From Paraphysomonas bandaiensis (taxonomy: Eukaryota > Protista > Chrysophyceae), in contig CBFFRP010000147.1 in assembly GCA_965644295.1 (NCBI GenBank), positions 1 through 64,000 of the forward strand: 64,000 nucleotides of DNA. Reading direction: 5' to 3'. This document shows positions 25,645 to 37,657 of this stretch, piece by piece. Numbering within the stretch: the first letter of the stretch is position 1; each line of letters opens with the position of its first letter. The notes under the pieces are model-generated. The model saw only the letters and a program-made list of their open reading frames with translations, ran no database searches and was not told the DNA's origin. Both the position numbers and the translations under genes were made by a program.

Positions 25645-28600
25645 ATGCGTGACTCCATTGTTCTGTACGTCAATGGACAGAAAGCTAAGTTCAGAGATAA
25701 GATTGACCCTCAGATGACTCTCATTCAGGTGATGCTTATTGTTAATGTTGTTCTCTATGTAACTGGATTGCAGTATCTCAGAGGAATGGGGCTCACAGGA
25801 ACTAAATTGGGATGTGGTGAGGGTGGATGCGGAGCCTGTACGGTTATGTTGTCATACTTTGACTCATCTGAAAACAAACCACGACACTTCTCTGCTAACG
25901 CTTGTTTAACGCCTCTGTGCTCATTGGATGGATATCATGTACTTACTGTAGAGGGAATCGGGGGCATGCGGGAAGGTTTACACCCTGTCCAACAGCGGAT
26001 ATCTTCTTTCCATGGGTCACAGTGTGGGTTTTGTACTCCTGGGATTGTCATGTCTCTGTACACCATACTACGCACTCACCCCGATGCAACTCCTCATGAG
26101 ATAGAAGAGGCACTAGATGGAAATCTGTGTCGTTGTACTGGGTATAGACCTATTATAGACGCTGCAAAGTCCCTGTCGAACAATAAAAGCGGGTGCTGTG
26201 GTGGTACTGGAGGTGGCTGCCCTTGCAAGGAAGGTGATGGCCTCATTACCAGCAGCAGTGAGGAGGTTGTGCAATCACATCCCTCCCTAAGAGAAAGTGG
26301 GAAACTGTCTGAGCCTATTTTCCCACCTGCTTTAGTCTCTTATACCCCCCAGCCGGTACAGATAGAAAACAAAGGAGTACAGTGGTTTCAGCCGACCGAT
26401 ATGTCTGCGCTTCTTGAGTATCGAGCCGAGCACCCAGAATGTAAACTCGTTGTCGGCAATACTGAGGTGGGTATAGAGGTCAAATTTAAAGGCATGGAGT
26501 ATGCGCACCTGGTAAACCCCTCTCGTGTACCCGAGTTAAAGGTGCTGCTTGCAACACCTACGGGGCTTCGAGTCGGAGCCGCTGTTACACTGGAGTCACT
26601 CAAAGAGTTTGCTTCATCTTACGCTGAGCAGAACAGCGCCAGTGCCTGTCGGGGCATGGTGGCAATCCGAAACATGTTGATTTGGTTCGCCTCTACCCAA
26701 ATACGCAACGTGGCGTGCTTGGGCGGAAATATAGCGACTGCCTCACCTATTAGTGATATGAATCCTCTTCTTTGTGCCCTTGATGCCACACTGCGACTCA
26801 CCTCTAAGAGGGGGACACGAGAGATGCCCATACGAGAGTTTTTTGTTTCATATAGAAAAGTTAAAATGGATCCAGATGAAATCTTGCAGGAAGTGTTCAT
26901 TCCTTTCAATACGGAGTATGAATTCGTAGTTCCTCTGAAACAGGCAAGGAGAAGAGAAGACGACATCAGTATCGTCACCTCTGGGATGCGTGTTAGACTC
27001 TGTCCTGAGGATGACCACTGGAAAGTACAGGACTGTGCATTGGCTTTTGGCGGCATGGCTCCTACTACAATAGGTATTATATCTACGTTGTGTTATCGCT
27101 ATAATAAATGATATAATATTTGCCTGATCTGCATGGCTTGGTGTTTCTTGTCGTAACGGTTTCTCTCACAGTGGCCTACCGTGCCTCCGCGGCTATGATC
27201 GGTCAGCCGTTTTGCAGAGACACCCTGGAGAAAGCCACCCGGGTGCTTGAAGAAGAGCTTAAGCTACCAGAGAATGTCCCTGGTGGACAGGCTCAATACA
27301 GGGTTGCCCTTTCCGCGTCTTTCCTCTTGAGGTCATACATTCGAACCTGCCTTGAGCTCAAGGTTATGCTCGATCAGGTGAGAGTTTGAATAGAGAGGGA
27401 GTTGTGATAAATGGTGCTATGCAGAAAATTGGATCTGGCCTTCCTGCTGCTCCGATTGTAGAGGATGGCGACTTGTCTGCTGCAGATGGCTTTTTAACTC
27501 TCCCCAAGCCCGAATCTCGTGGAGAACAGTCATTTTTCCGTCGTCCAGGGGGACTCCAACGCACAACACCTGTTCCCCATACCCCAGACGCTGACGCCGC
27601 GGCTACAAGAGCCCCAGTGGGAGAGCCGATTCCTCACAAAAGTGCTGACCTACAGGTTACGGGCGAAGCCAGGTATACGGATGATATCCCCGCCCCTGCG
27701 GATACTCTCCATGGTGCACTGGTGACGAGCACAAAGGCCCACGCTCGTATAACCAAGATCGACGTATCCGCATGTGAGGAATGCCCTGGGTTCGTTAGAT
27801 TCTTCTCACATAGTGATATACCTGGAAGCAATATCACAGGGGCTTGGCATGACGAAGAAGTGTTCGTTTCAACTGAAGTGAAACACTATGGAGCGGTGAG
27901 TCTTCATTTACTTACCTACGCTGTTATTGCAGGCTGTGGCCATAGTATGTTTTGTGGTAATTCATAATATGCATTGTTAGATTATTGGACTCGTGGTGGC
28001 TTATTCTCACGAGGAGGCTGTTTATGCGGCGAGGAAGGTGGTTGTCGAGTATGAGGAACTGCCCGCCATTATCAGCATTGAGGACGCTATAGACGCTCAG
28101 TCGTTCTTTCCGAATCCCATGGAGTTGTGTTTAGGAGATGTGGATGGCATGGCTGCTGAATCTGATATTGTTATCGAAGGGGAGGTGAACATAGGGGGGC
28201 AGGAACACTTCTATCTTGAAACAAATTGTGCCCTTGTTATTCCAGCGGAGAATAATAGCCTCGAGATATACTCATCTACTCAAAATGCGAATGAGACACA
28301 GCAGCATTGTGCACAAGCATGTGGGCTGCCCTCATCACATGTGGTATGTCGTGTGAAGCGAATCGGCGGTGGTTTTGGTGGAAAGGAGACAAGAACTGTA
28401 CAGTTCTGTGCCCCTATCGCTGTAGCCGCGCATACTATGGGTCGCCCTGTGCGCATAAATATTGAACGTGACCTCGACATGTCTATTAGTGGGCAAAGGC
28501 ATGCTTTCTACGCAAAGTACCGAGCCGGGTGTACCGCGGATGGTAAAATGAAGTTTATGGATCTGGACCTGTATAACAACGCGGGTTACTCACTGGACCT

Positions 28601-30200
28601 CTCTGGCCCGGTGATGGGCCGCGCACTCTTTCACTGTGATGGACCCTACAAGTGGCCCGCACTTCGCGCCAAGGGAACGCTCTGTAGAACTAACCAGCCC
28701 AGTCATACTGCATTTCGTGGGTTCGGCGGACCGCAGGGTAGGTTAAGTAGATTTTGTGCGCCATTACAAACAGTGATGTGTCGTTATCTTATTAGGTATG
28801 ATAGTGCCAGAGACGATCATGGAGCATTTCTCAACCGTCACAGGAATCGCAACCCAGACTTTACGTGAGAAGAACCTGTATACTCTTGGAGACCACACAC
28901 ACTTTGGACAGCCAATCGACGAGTGGAACGTACTTGAGGCATGGAAGCAGGTGCTTGATACCGCTCATGTATCTACTAGGCAGGCTGAGGTGGACGAGTT
29001 TAACCGAAAGAACAAGTGGCGTAAGCGAGGACTGTGTGTTATTCCTACAAAGTATGGGCTCAATTACACTGCTAAATTCATGAACCAAGGCGGGGCGCTT
29101 GTCAACATATACTCAGATGGCAGTGTGCTGGTTTCTCATGGAGGAATGGAGATGGGACAAGGCTTGCATACGAAAATGATACAGGTTGCTGCAAGGGCAC
29201 TAGGTATATCGCACGAGATGGTACACATCTCAGAGACACTTACCTGCGTTGTACCGAACGCGACTCCAACTGGTAAATATCATTTGTAGTTTCCGCATTC
29301 AGTAATGTAGTATCTTTAGCGGGTTCTATGGGGACCGATATGTATGGAATGGCGATTCTCAATGCCTGCGAGCAGCTCAATGAGCGCCTTGCTCCCTTTC
29401 GCAACATGCTGGACGAGGGGAAAACTTGGAATGAGATGATCAACGCTGCTTATTTTAGTCGTGTGAATTTGAGTGCCCAGGGATTTTATCGTGTACCTGA
29501 TGATAGGTACGGTTTTATATGATGTGTCTTTTTCTTATTGAACCTATATGATAGGTGTGGGTACGACTGGTCTATGCCGGCAGGGTGTACGCTGGAAGAT
29601 AATTTGAAGCGTGGACACCCGTTCAATTATTTTACTCAGGGTGCAGCGTGCACTGAAGTCGAGGTGGACTGTTTGACGGGAGACAACCGGATTATTCGCA
29701 CTGATATTGTCATGGATGTGGGGCAAAGTATCAACCCGGCGATAGATATCGGACAAATCGAAGGGGCTTTTGTGCAGGGATACGGATGGTGTACTATGGA
29801 GGAGCTTATTTGGGGAGACAAACAACACTCATGGGTGCGCGAGGGTCAGCTCTTTACTCGTGGGCCAGGTACATACAAGATCCCGTCTTTCAACGACGTG
29901 CCAGCTGACTTCCGAGTGTGTCTAATGGACAAGAGTAACAAGCGCGCAGTGCATTCTTCGAAGGGTATTGGAGAGCCTCCGTATTTTCTCGCATGTAGCG
30001 CTTTCTTCGCCATTCGTAATGCTGTCAAGGCTGCCCGGGAGCAGAACGGTGTGTCACCTGGGACATATCTCCAAATGAACCTACCTGCTACTAGTGAGAG
30101 AATTCGGATGGCATGCGCAGACAACATTTCCTATCAAACCATTGCGCAGCACTCCAGTGAAGGTGGAGAGGAACGATTTCAACCCAAAGGTTCGTGGTAG
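25645..30200 (+). CDS. XDH: Xanthine dehydrogenase/oxidoreductase, 8 exons
   Basis: 2Fe-2S motifs GCGEGGCGAC, QCGFCTPG, GNLCRCTGY; FAD domain QIRNVACLGGN; Moco domain GGGFGGKE, AFRGFGGPQG, SSKGIGEPP. Confidence 0.96.
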
Positions 30201-30469
30201 ATCTAAAGGATTATCAAGGTGATTACATGCATAGCATTGGGGTACACGTCTAAACTATAATTAAGAATTAACTTGAATATAATTCAGTTTATCTAATGTA
30301 TTTCATAACATGTCATGAAATCTATATACATCATTCGTTTAGCTAATTCTTCATTGACAGCTATGAACCCAAAATATTTAAATTTAAAACTAGAAACAGG
30401 AAAATCTTGTTGAGATAGCTAATATCTTGAGCTCTAGATTTGGTAATTATTACTCTGTATCTAATGAAT

Positions 30470-30745
30470 TATTAAGATTCAGCTTAATACAAGACAGACA
30501 GTATCTGTGAGTTATAATGTTCAATGAAATATATCATGAACTGAAAACTGAATTAGAGAGAGTATCTGTTGAAGATACATGATCGTCATCATAATGATCG
30601 TCATTATCAGTTATACTTTTAACTATTCCGTTGTGCATGATAGTTATGTTTTATGTTGTTTTTTATACTTCTTACTTTACAGTGTTTATCACTTACAATC
30701 TAATAATCACAACATTGTTTTACTATTACTTAGATCAATTCTTTA
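30470..30745 (+). repeat. Solo LTR of Copia family B
   Basis: Similar along its length to 8902-9167; no PBS or ORF follows; no clear TSD. Confidence 0.75.
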
Positions 30746-31195
30746 TTTATAATATATTATATTGCTTTACTTATTTTTAACAGAAGTTGACATTATTTGC
30801 TAAGGTTTACTATTCTCAACTGATAAGATGAAATTATAAACATTACATGATAAAGAACCTAAGTTGTGTTCGATGTGTTCAACACCATTCATTTACTACT
30901 ATAGTGTACAAACCACCCACTCAGTGATCGTATCCTGTATAGTCATCCACTTCTACTTCAGTTTCATACTACATAATATAATGTACTAATTACATATATA
31001 TCTTTCGATCCTTGCATCTCACATAATACTGCACTCAATTGCAAGTATATAGAATCTTCAGATCTCAACACTCCCCCTCAATTGAGTGTTGTACTTATGA
31101 CGCCTCCCAGCTATTGAATGCCTGAGATAAAAAAATTCTTGACAGTAAAATAGACTCATCTCTAAGTCTAAACCTCTGTCTAAAAAACTCAGTAC

Positions 31196-33580
31196 CTACT
31201 TGCGCCTTCTTTTATCCCTTGGTCCCTCATTAATCACTTCAGTGGAACTCTTAACTTTCTCTCCAAGATTTCTCTTTCTCTGCTCCATATATGATAAACC
31301 AACCAACGACTTTGTATAAATATCTGCTGCTTGTTGCGATGTATGCACATGCACTAACTTAATCGTATTGAACTGATTGGGATCCACGTGCTCTCTCACC
31401 ATGTGATACTTAATCTCAATGTGCTTCGACTTCTTGTGAAACACTGGGTTTTCGGCCAAATCCTGGGCACTCTGACTGTCGATGAAGAATGGTGTGGGTT
31501 TGATGAGCCTCAACTTAATCTCACCCGTCACCCCCCGAACCCATAGCACTTCTTGGAGACCCGAGTAAATACACTGATACTCAGACTGCATGCTTGACGT
31601 TGCCACTGTCGTCTGCAGTTTGGACTGCCAGACTATAGGCCCTCCCGCTGCAAACCCAACGTACCCCGACGTGGACTTCCTGGAGAGCTGATCTCCCGCC
31701 CAATCCGCGTCAGTAAACATATGGAAGTCGAACCGTCTACTCCCATATTGAATCCCTTTGTCAATAGAACCACGAATATATTGCCATACATGTGTTAATA
31801 GCTTGCATACTTCAATATTCACCTTATTACTGAACCGAGACAGTACTCCCACTGCATAGGCAATATCCGGCCTCGTGTTCATCGATAGATATAGTAATGC
31901 ACCTATCAGCGGCCGATATGGGAAGTTATCTACTATAAGCTGTTCCTCCTCGGTATGCTCATGCCGCGCCCCTTTTGCCACTAAATCCATTGCTTCCGCC
32001 GGTAGAGGACTCTTCCGTACCTTTCGCGGTGACCCAAGATACTTTTCAAACTTTTCTAAGATCTTAGCCGCATATACTGATTGGTCAAGACGAATATACT
32101 CTGGCGTTCTTGTGACTCGAACATTCAGAAAATGTTCCATCTCGCCCATATCCTTCATATCAAACCGGGCACACAGTTGAGCTTTAATATCCTTCACTAT
32201 GTTGACATCACGACCTAACACTAGGATATCATCCACATATATCGTTAATAATATCAATTCATCGCCCTTATACTGATAATACAAACACGGGTCTAATACA
32301 CATGGTTTAAAATGCATAGATCGTATGAATTTATCCAATGTTTTCCACCACGACCGCGGGGAACTCCGAAGCCCGTATAACGACTTCTTCAGCTTAAAGC
32401 AGTACCCCTCAGGCAGCTGAAAGTCCGGAGTTGCCTTCATATATACGTCCCCCTCTATATCTGCATATAGGAATGCGTTAGACACATCCAGTTGATGAAT
32501 TACCATGTTCATCACGAAAGCTATGGCGATTAACAGTCGCACTGTTACCCCCTTAACAACGGGTGCGAAATGGTTCGCCCAACCACTCGACTGCTGTCCA
32601 CAACCGATTGCTACAAGACGAGCCTTATATCGGCGGACCTCTCCCTCCTTATCGTACTTCTTTCCATAGACGTACTTGGAGTGCAGTGGGACGACTCCGT
32701 CCGGTATACGAGTCACCTCCATGGTATCTCGCTTCGCCAAACCCTCTCGCTCTACACGGCGAGCTCGTCTCCACTCCCTGTGCTCGGCACTCTCCAAGGA
32801 CTCACGATGTGTCTGAGGCACTGTCGACTCTTCCGCTGACATCCACACTGAGTCTGCCTCCTGTAAAAGGTCACTCACATCACTCTCATCACTCAAATGA
32901 TGGATTTGTCCTAACACCGACACATTCGTTACCGTCCTTGGAGTTCTTGCGCGTTTGCCGTGCGGATGATTCTCGGCAGGGGTCCCTTCCCCCGAAGGTA
33001 ATGCTGAGTCAGCCTGGGGCTGCACCTGCCCACTTTCCGACTGCTGTGGCACCACTCCGCTGATACCGCCGTCACGGTTGTCAGTAACTCTGGCCCTAAC
33101 CACCCTCTGCGCAAGATCCTCTGTCATCTTCTTGATGTCAGCAATATGAATAGGAGTTTTATCCTCCACTTGAACCTGGTTACCAGTAACCAACGACCGG
33201 TATCCCACAATAAGTCCCTTCCTTATCACCACTCTGTTAGTCTTGTATAGCAGACCACCATCCTCATGGTGCTTTCCGATAAGATACTCAAACTCACCCG
33301 GTTGACGAGCCTCGGGATCTATAGCCACTTGAGCCTCCTCCAGCTCTCTATAATAATCCTGAGACCTCTCAGGTACCGATTCATCAAATAATACATGTAC
33401 CGAGTGTACTACGGTGTCCCCCACTAGCACCTTGTATCCTTTTCGATCAGCTGGATACCCTATGAAATAACCTGTCATTGCTTTGTCCTCCCAGTCCTTC
33501 CTCCTGTCGGCCTTGGGTGTTAGCACATATGCTTTGCACCCCCATTTCCGTAGCCACGATAGGCTGGGAACGCTCCCCCT
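31196..33580 (-). CDS. Copia polyprotein part 2 (after frameshift): integrase C terminus, RT, RNase H
   Basis: WGCKAY, YKARLVA.G, QLDVSNAFL, LYGLRSSPR, YVDD, TDADWAG, KSKHIEIKYH. Confidence 0.92.
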   Translation of the reverse strand, partial: RGSVPSLSWLRKWGCKAYVLTPKADRRKDWEDKAMTGYFIGYPADRKGYKVLVGDTVVHSVHVLFDESVPERSQDYYRELEEAQVAIDPEARQPGEFEYLIGKHHEDGGLLYKTNRVVIRKGLIVGYRSLVTGNQVQVEDKTPIHIADIKKMTEDLAQRVVRARVTDNRDGGISGVVPQQSESGQVQPQADSALPSGEGTPAENHPHGKRARTPRTVTNVSVLGQIHHLSDESDVSDLLQEADSVWMSAEESTVPQTHRESLESAEHREWRRARRVEREGLAKRDTMEVTRIPDGVVPLHSKYVYGKKYDKEGEVRRYKARLVAIGCGQQSSGWANHFAPVVKGVTVRLLIAIAFVMNMVIHQLDVSNAFLYADIEGDVYMKATPDFQLPEGYCFKLKKSLYGLRSSPRSWWKTLDKFIRSMHFKPCVLDPCLYYQYKGDELILLTIYVDDILVLGRDVNIVKDIKAQLCARFDMKDMGEMEHFLNVRVTRTPEYIRLDQSVYAAKILEKFEKYLGSPRKVRKSPLPAEAMDLVAKGARHEHTEEEQLIVDNFPYRPLIGALLYLSMNTRPDIAYAVGVLSRFSNKVNIEVCKLLTHVWQYIRGSIDKGIQYGSRRFDFHMFTDADWAGDQLSRKSTSGYVGFAAGGPIVWQSKLQTTVATSSMQSEYQCIYSGLQEVLWVRGVTGEIKLRLIKPTPFFIDSQSAQDLAENPVFHKKSKHIEIKYHMVREHVDPNQFNTIKLVHVHTSQQAADIYTKSLVGLSYMEQRKRNLGEKVKSSTEVINEGPRDKRRRK

Positions 33581-35778
33581 GGGACACACTCATATGGAGA
33601 CATCCATCCTTGCCACGTCCGAGTTGGCATTCGTCGCACAATGTAACATGCAGTTTGATAAGCATCAAACCAGAACGACTTTGGAAGTCCAGATGCCGTC
33701 AACATCGTCAGTGTCATCTCCCCAATTGTTCGGAATTTCCTCTCAGACACCGCGTTGAGCTCTGGCGTGTCTCGTGTTGTATGTGACACCCGAGTCCCAT
33801 ATCGCTGCAACAGATACTCTCTTATCTGCTGACTAATAAGTTCGGATCCTCCATCGGCATGATACTCCACTATACGGTTCCACCCCTCGTACTTCACTAA
33901 GTGGACCTCGCACAAGTGTCGTAGACATTTGAACACCTCCTCTCCGCTTCGAGTCCTCAATCCATATTCCCATATCATCTTTGTTGCTAAGTCCGTGAAT
34001 AGGAGCACGTACTTATACCCTTGTCTGGATTCACAATTCAGGTAGACTGAGATGTCCGCTGTCACTCGTTCCAGAAACCTGACTGCGCTTAGCTCTTCGT
34101 TGTCCCGTGATTTGAACGAATGCCTGGTTATCTTCGCCTTGGCACACCATTTACACAGGGGTTTCTTGCAACTCTTCTCCTTTGCCTTCGAAAGGTGATG
34201 TCGTTGTAGTCCTGATCCTCTGAATAACATGTGTCGGTGAGCTTCTAATAACTTCGATTTCGAGACATGTCCAGTACGCTCATGTAAGCGATCCAACGCA
34301 TCTTGTCCTGTATTATCCGACAAATTTACCTCCTCCATCTGATTGCACATAGACACATTTGGCAGATTTAACACCTCCATCAAGTCCACATACGGCATTC
34401 CTCCATGCTCATCGTACTCTCCAGTCAACACCTCGTTTCCAGAGTCCAATTCCACGATTTTAGGCTTTCGAAGCAGTTGTAATCCGTATCCCATTGATCT
34501 CAGCATTCCTCCTGACACAATGTTCTTCACCGCTTCCTCACTAACTCTGATGTCTCTCCATTCCCCGAATGTACCAGCCCCCTGTGTCTCCAATTGAGAA
34601 CCCTTTCTAGTTAGTTGGATTGCCCCAAACTCAGGAGTAAATGACTCCAGTGCAATTTTATCCTTTACTATAAACAGTCTTTTACTTGCACAACTGTCCA
34701 GATATACACGAGGTTCTTCCGACGTATCCACCGATAGCAAAACCTCTTCTCCAAACATATTCGCTTCATCATCCGACGACTCTCCGTCGTTGACGTATTT
34801 CTTCCATTCTGTCTCGAATTTCCTGTTCGATTTTCGAGGATTCTCATTATCCGGGTTTTTTATGTTCTTCCGTTTTTTCGACTTGCACTGTCGGGCTTTA
34901 TGACTAAAATCTCCACAGATATGACAACCAGTATAATCCTTTGATCCTGGCTGCTGCACACTCTTCGAAGCCTTTTCCTTTGTCTTCCCTTTTCTTTTGA
35001 ACTTATCCATTTTTCTTTGTCGTTCCTTAGCATAACAATTCGCTGCTACATGTCCCTTCTTCCGACAAAATGAACAAACCACTGGCTCCTTCGACGCCGT
35101 AAAATTGATCTCTTCAGATTTGTCTCCCTTTAGTTTCTTCAGCTGCGTCATAGCCTCGTCATACTCTTCACAAGCCTCTTTCACCGAATCAAATGTAGTT
35201 GTTGCTTTAGGCATCATCGCTACCGACATCCATAAATCATGTAATTCCTCTATCTGCAGCGCTGCTTTTATCTTTGCTAATTTACTTGCCTCTGTCTGCG
35301 GTTGTCCCAATTTTATGAGCTTCTGGATTATACCGTTCAGTCGATCTACCCCAACAGACACCTTTTCCCCCGGCCTTATTTTGAACGAATGGTATTCTGC
35401 CGTAGTCTTCTCCAATACAGTCCCAATCTCGCCTCTGAACCTATCAACCAGTGTCTGAAGGAGCTCACTGGATAACACCTCCTTAGCAGGATCATCAGCA
35501 GGTAAAATTGCCTTCCCCTCCAAATATTGATTGGCTACCTCCAACACATCAGGGTCATGCTCGCAAGCCTCCCAAATAGTACTAACACAGGTATCATTAC
35601 GCTCTCTCCATGACTCTAAATTCCTTCCTCCGGCTGGCGGGTCCTCCAAGCCAAGATGGTTTCGGTTTTTCTTCATTAGATGCATCTTGATTTTTCTCGC
35701 TGAATAGTCTGCTTGGTTCTTGTCAAACCGTAGCTTCTTGTCATCTTCCCCATCCCTACAACTAGCATTCGCTACCAT
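33520..35778 (-). CDS. Copia polyprotein part 1: Gag (two zinc knuckles), protease, integrase core
   Basis: CSFCRKKGHVAANC, CHICGDFSHKARQC, YLDSCAS, HERTGH...CKWC, HADGGSE, PELNAVSERKFRT. Confidence 0.9.
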   Translation of the reverse strand: MVANASCRDGEDDKKLRFDKNQADYSARKIKMHLMKKNRNHLGLEDPPAGGRNLESWRERNDTCVSTIWEACEHDPDVLEVANQYLEGKAILPADDPAKEVLSSELLQTLVDRFRGEIGTVLEKTTAEYHSFKIRPGEKVSVGVDRLNGIIQKLIKLGQPQTEASKLAKIKAALQIEELHDLWMSVAMMPKATTTFDSVKEACEEYDEAMTQLKKLKGDKSEEINFTASKEPVVCSFCRKKGHVAANCYAKERQRKMDKFKRKGKTKEKASKSVQQPGSKDYTGCHICGDFSHKARQCKSKKRKNIKNPDNENPRKSNRKFETEWKKYVNDGESSDDEANMFGEEVLLSVDTSEEPRVYLDSCASKRLFIVKDKIALESFTPEFGAIQLTRKGSQLETQGAGTFGEWRDIRVSEEAVKNIVSGGMLRSMGYGLQLLRKPKIVELDSGNEVLTGEYDEHGGMPYVDLMEVLNLPNVSMCNQMEEVNLSDNTGQDALDRLHERTGHVSKSKLLEAHRHMLFRGSGLQRHHLSKAKEKSCKKPLCKWCAKAKITRHSFKSRDNEELSAVRFLERVTADISVYLNCESRQGYKYVLLFTDLATKMIWEYGLRTRSGEEVFKCLRHLCEVHLVKYEGWNRIVEYHADGGSELISQQIREYLLQRYGTRVSHTTRDTPELNAVSERKFRTIGEMTLTMLTASGLPKSFWFDAYQTACYIVRRMPTRTWQGWMSPYECVPGGAFPAYRGYGNGGAKHMC

Positions 35779-36245
35779 AACAGAAGTTGACATTATTTGC
35801 TAAGGTTTACTATTCTCAACTGATAAGATGAAATTATAAACATTACATGATAAAGAACCTAAGTTGTGTTCGATGTGTTCAACACCATTCATTTACTACT
35901 ATAGTGTACAAACCACCCACTCAGTGATCGTATCCTGTATAGTCATCCACTTCTACTTCAGTTTCATACTACATAATATAATGTACTAATTACATATATA
36001 TCTTTCGATCCTTGCATCTCACATAATACTGCACTCAATTGCAAGTATATAGAATCTTCAGATCTCAACAATTTTGTCACACCAATATTGGCGTACATAC
36101 CAAAAGTCAAGTAGTGGATGAAAAATCTAGTAATTAGTTAATTTCGAATTTGAGAATATCAAAAGAAGGCTGACTAGTAGGTGTTTGTGGTGGTATATAT
36201 TTACCTCTAGTAATTACTCAAACATCATGATAATATAGCTCATTC

Positions 36246-36320
36246 CAGGGCCTGATAACCATTAATGGCCCATTAATGGTAGTCCAGTTCCTGGCATTAA
36301 TGGTTACCAGTCAGGCCCTG
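36246..36320. mobile_element. 75-bp hAT-type MITE
   Basis: TIR CAGGGCCTGA / TCAGGCCCTG; perfect 8-bp TSD GCTCATTC (36238-36245, 36321-36328). Confidence 0.88.
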
Positions 36321-36674
36321 GCTCATTCTACCAAAAAACGGAAAAAGGGCGTTGATGCTAACATTTATATTATAAAACGGGCAGCTGTACTATAGAGTTT
36401 TGAGTACACTCTTCTACTGATGTGTATATTATATAATATGTAAAAATTATTATAATATTGTATAATATATTATAGTTATATATTAATATGATCATTACAT
36501 CATAATATTCTAACATTCTAACACACAGGTAATAAGGATGGCATAATACTGTCCCGCGTTTAAACTCTTGGACAAGATAGTAGTAATACGATACTACATA
36601 TCCCTAGATATTGCAGCTTATCCTCATCATCATGCTGCTAAACAACTAGAATATCTAGAATAATATATATATTA

Positions 36675-36696
36675 TAGGGTTAGGGTTAGGGTTAGG
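36675..36696 (+). repeat. Short interstitial (TTAGGG)n
   Basis: TAGGGTTAGGGTTAGGGTTAGG; similar tracts at 22816-22838 and, as TAACCC, at 61687-61707. Confidence 0.8.
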
Positions 36697-37657
36697 TTTT
36701 ATATATTATAGTAACCTCACTTTTATATATATCTTACTTTATAAGCGATTATAGCACAACAACAACCAAATATGATATCGAAGATTGTCCGAGAATGCAC
36801 TCGGAAGAACACTCTGCCATCAAGGTTTTGGCCATCATCGTTCCTTAGTATTATAGTAGTGAATGCCTGATTATTATTCTACTATTCAGTACTACAAAAT
36901 GGCTGCAACAAACATCAAGGTGCAGCCACTTCTACATTTTATGTCTTGTGGATGAATTCTTAGGTGAGAATCTATCTACTATCTATGCAGTCTGAGTGGA
37001 TACTGTTATTAGTTTTCAACAGTAGATCATTCAGGGCTCCCACAGATTTCGTAAGTGATAATTATGAATTAAAGAAGGTTACACTTTGAATATGTGAGTG
37101 GCTATATATGTCATTGATGATCTAAGATCTCAGTACTTGTGTGCGATTTGTACGTAGGATATCATTATTGTAAGTTATATTAGCTCTGATCGAACCTAGA
37201 AGTACACTTAGTAGCATGAATTCAGATGTATCTCAAGACATATCAAAGTATTCAAGAGAAAAAATAAAATACTTCTGTAATTTAGTCAAAGATAAATATC
37301 ATATTGTAAACACTTTCGCTGCAAAGCAATACGCTTTGATAGTATCTTCAAAGCAAAGAAATAAGATGAATATCACATTTAGTTAAGCTATTACATGGTG
37401 TAAGGCACACATACTTTCACATGGCAATGGTATTCCATAACCTCTACTACATGCCATTTAAATCATCCACAAAACAAAAAACATGCATAAAGTGCGAATG
37501 ACAATATGAGTACAAAGTATTGAAGGCACTGCATTTACAAAACCTACGAGCGAATTACTTCCTCAGCGTGGATACAGCATTTGGTCTAGCGACAGGCGGC
37601 GGCAGGAAAATGAAACTGAGGTATGTCTAATTTACAAGCAGAGATGCAAGAGGAAGT

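Larger units (their letters stand above)
30778..36070 (-). mobile_element. Full-length Ty1/Copia LTR retrotransposon (family A), 5293 bp
   Basis: 293-bp LTRs identical by eye (30778-31070, 35778-36070); 5-bp TSD ATTTT; PBS TGGTAGCGAA; PPT TGAGGGGGAG; gag-PR-INT-RT-RH order. Confidence 0.97.

Noticed and set aside
25902-30127. Small antisense and alternate-frame ORFs over XDH (likewise over Copia, Wee1, TRAP1 and the monooxygenase)
   Set aside because: Shadow ORFs of real coding sequence.
8902-30745. A single 22-kb LTR element bounded by the two family B LTRs
   Set aside because: The LTRs differ by many substitutions and indels, there is no TSD or PPT, and ordinary intron-containing host genes lie between them.
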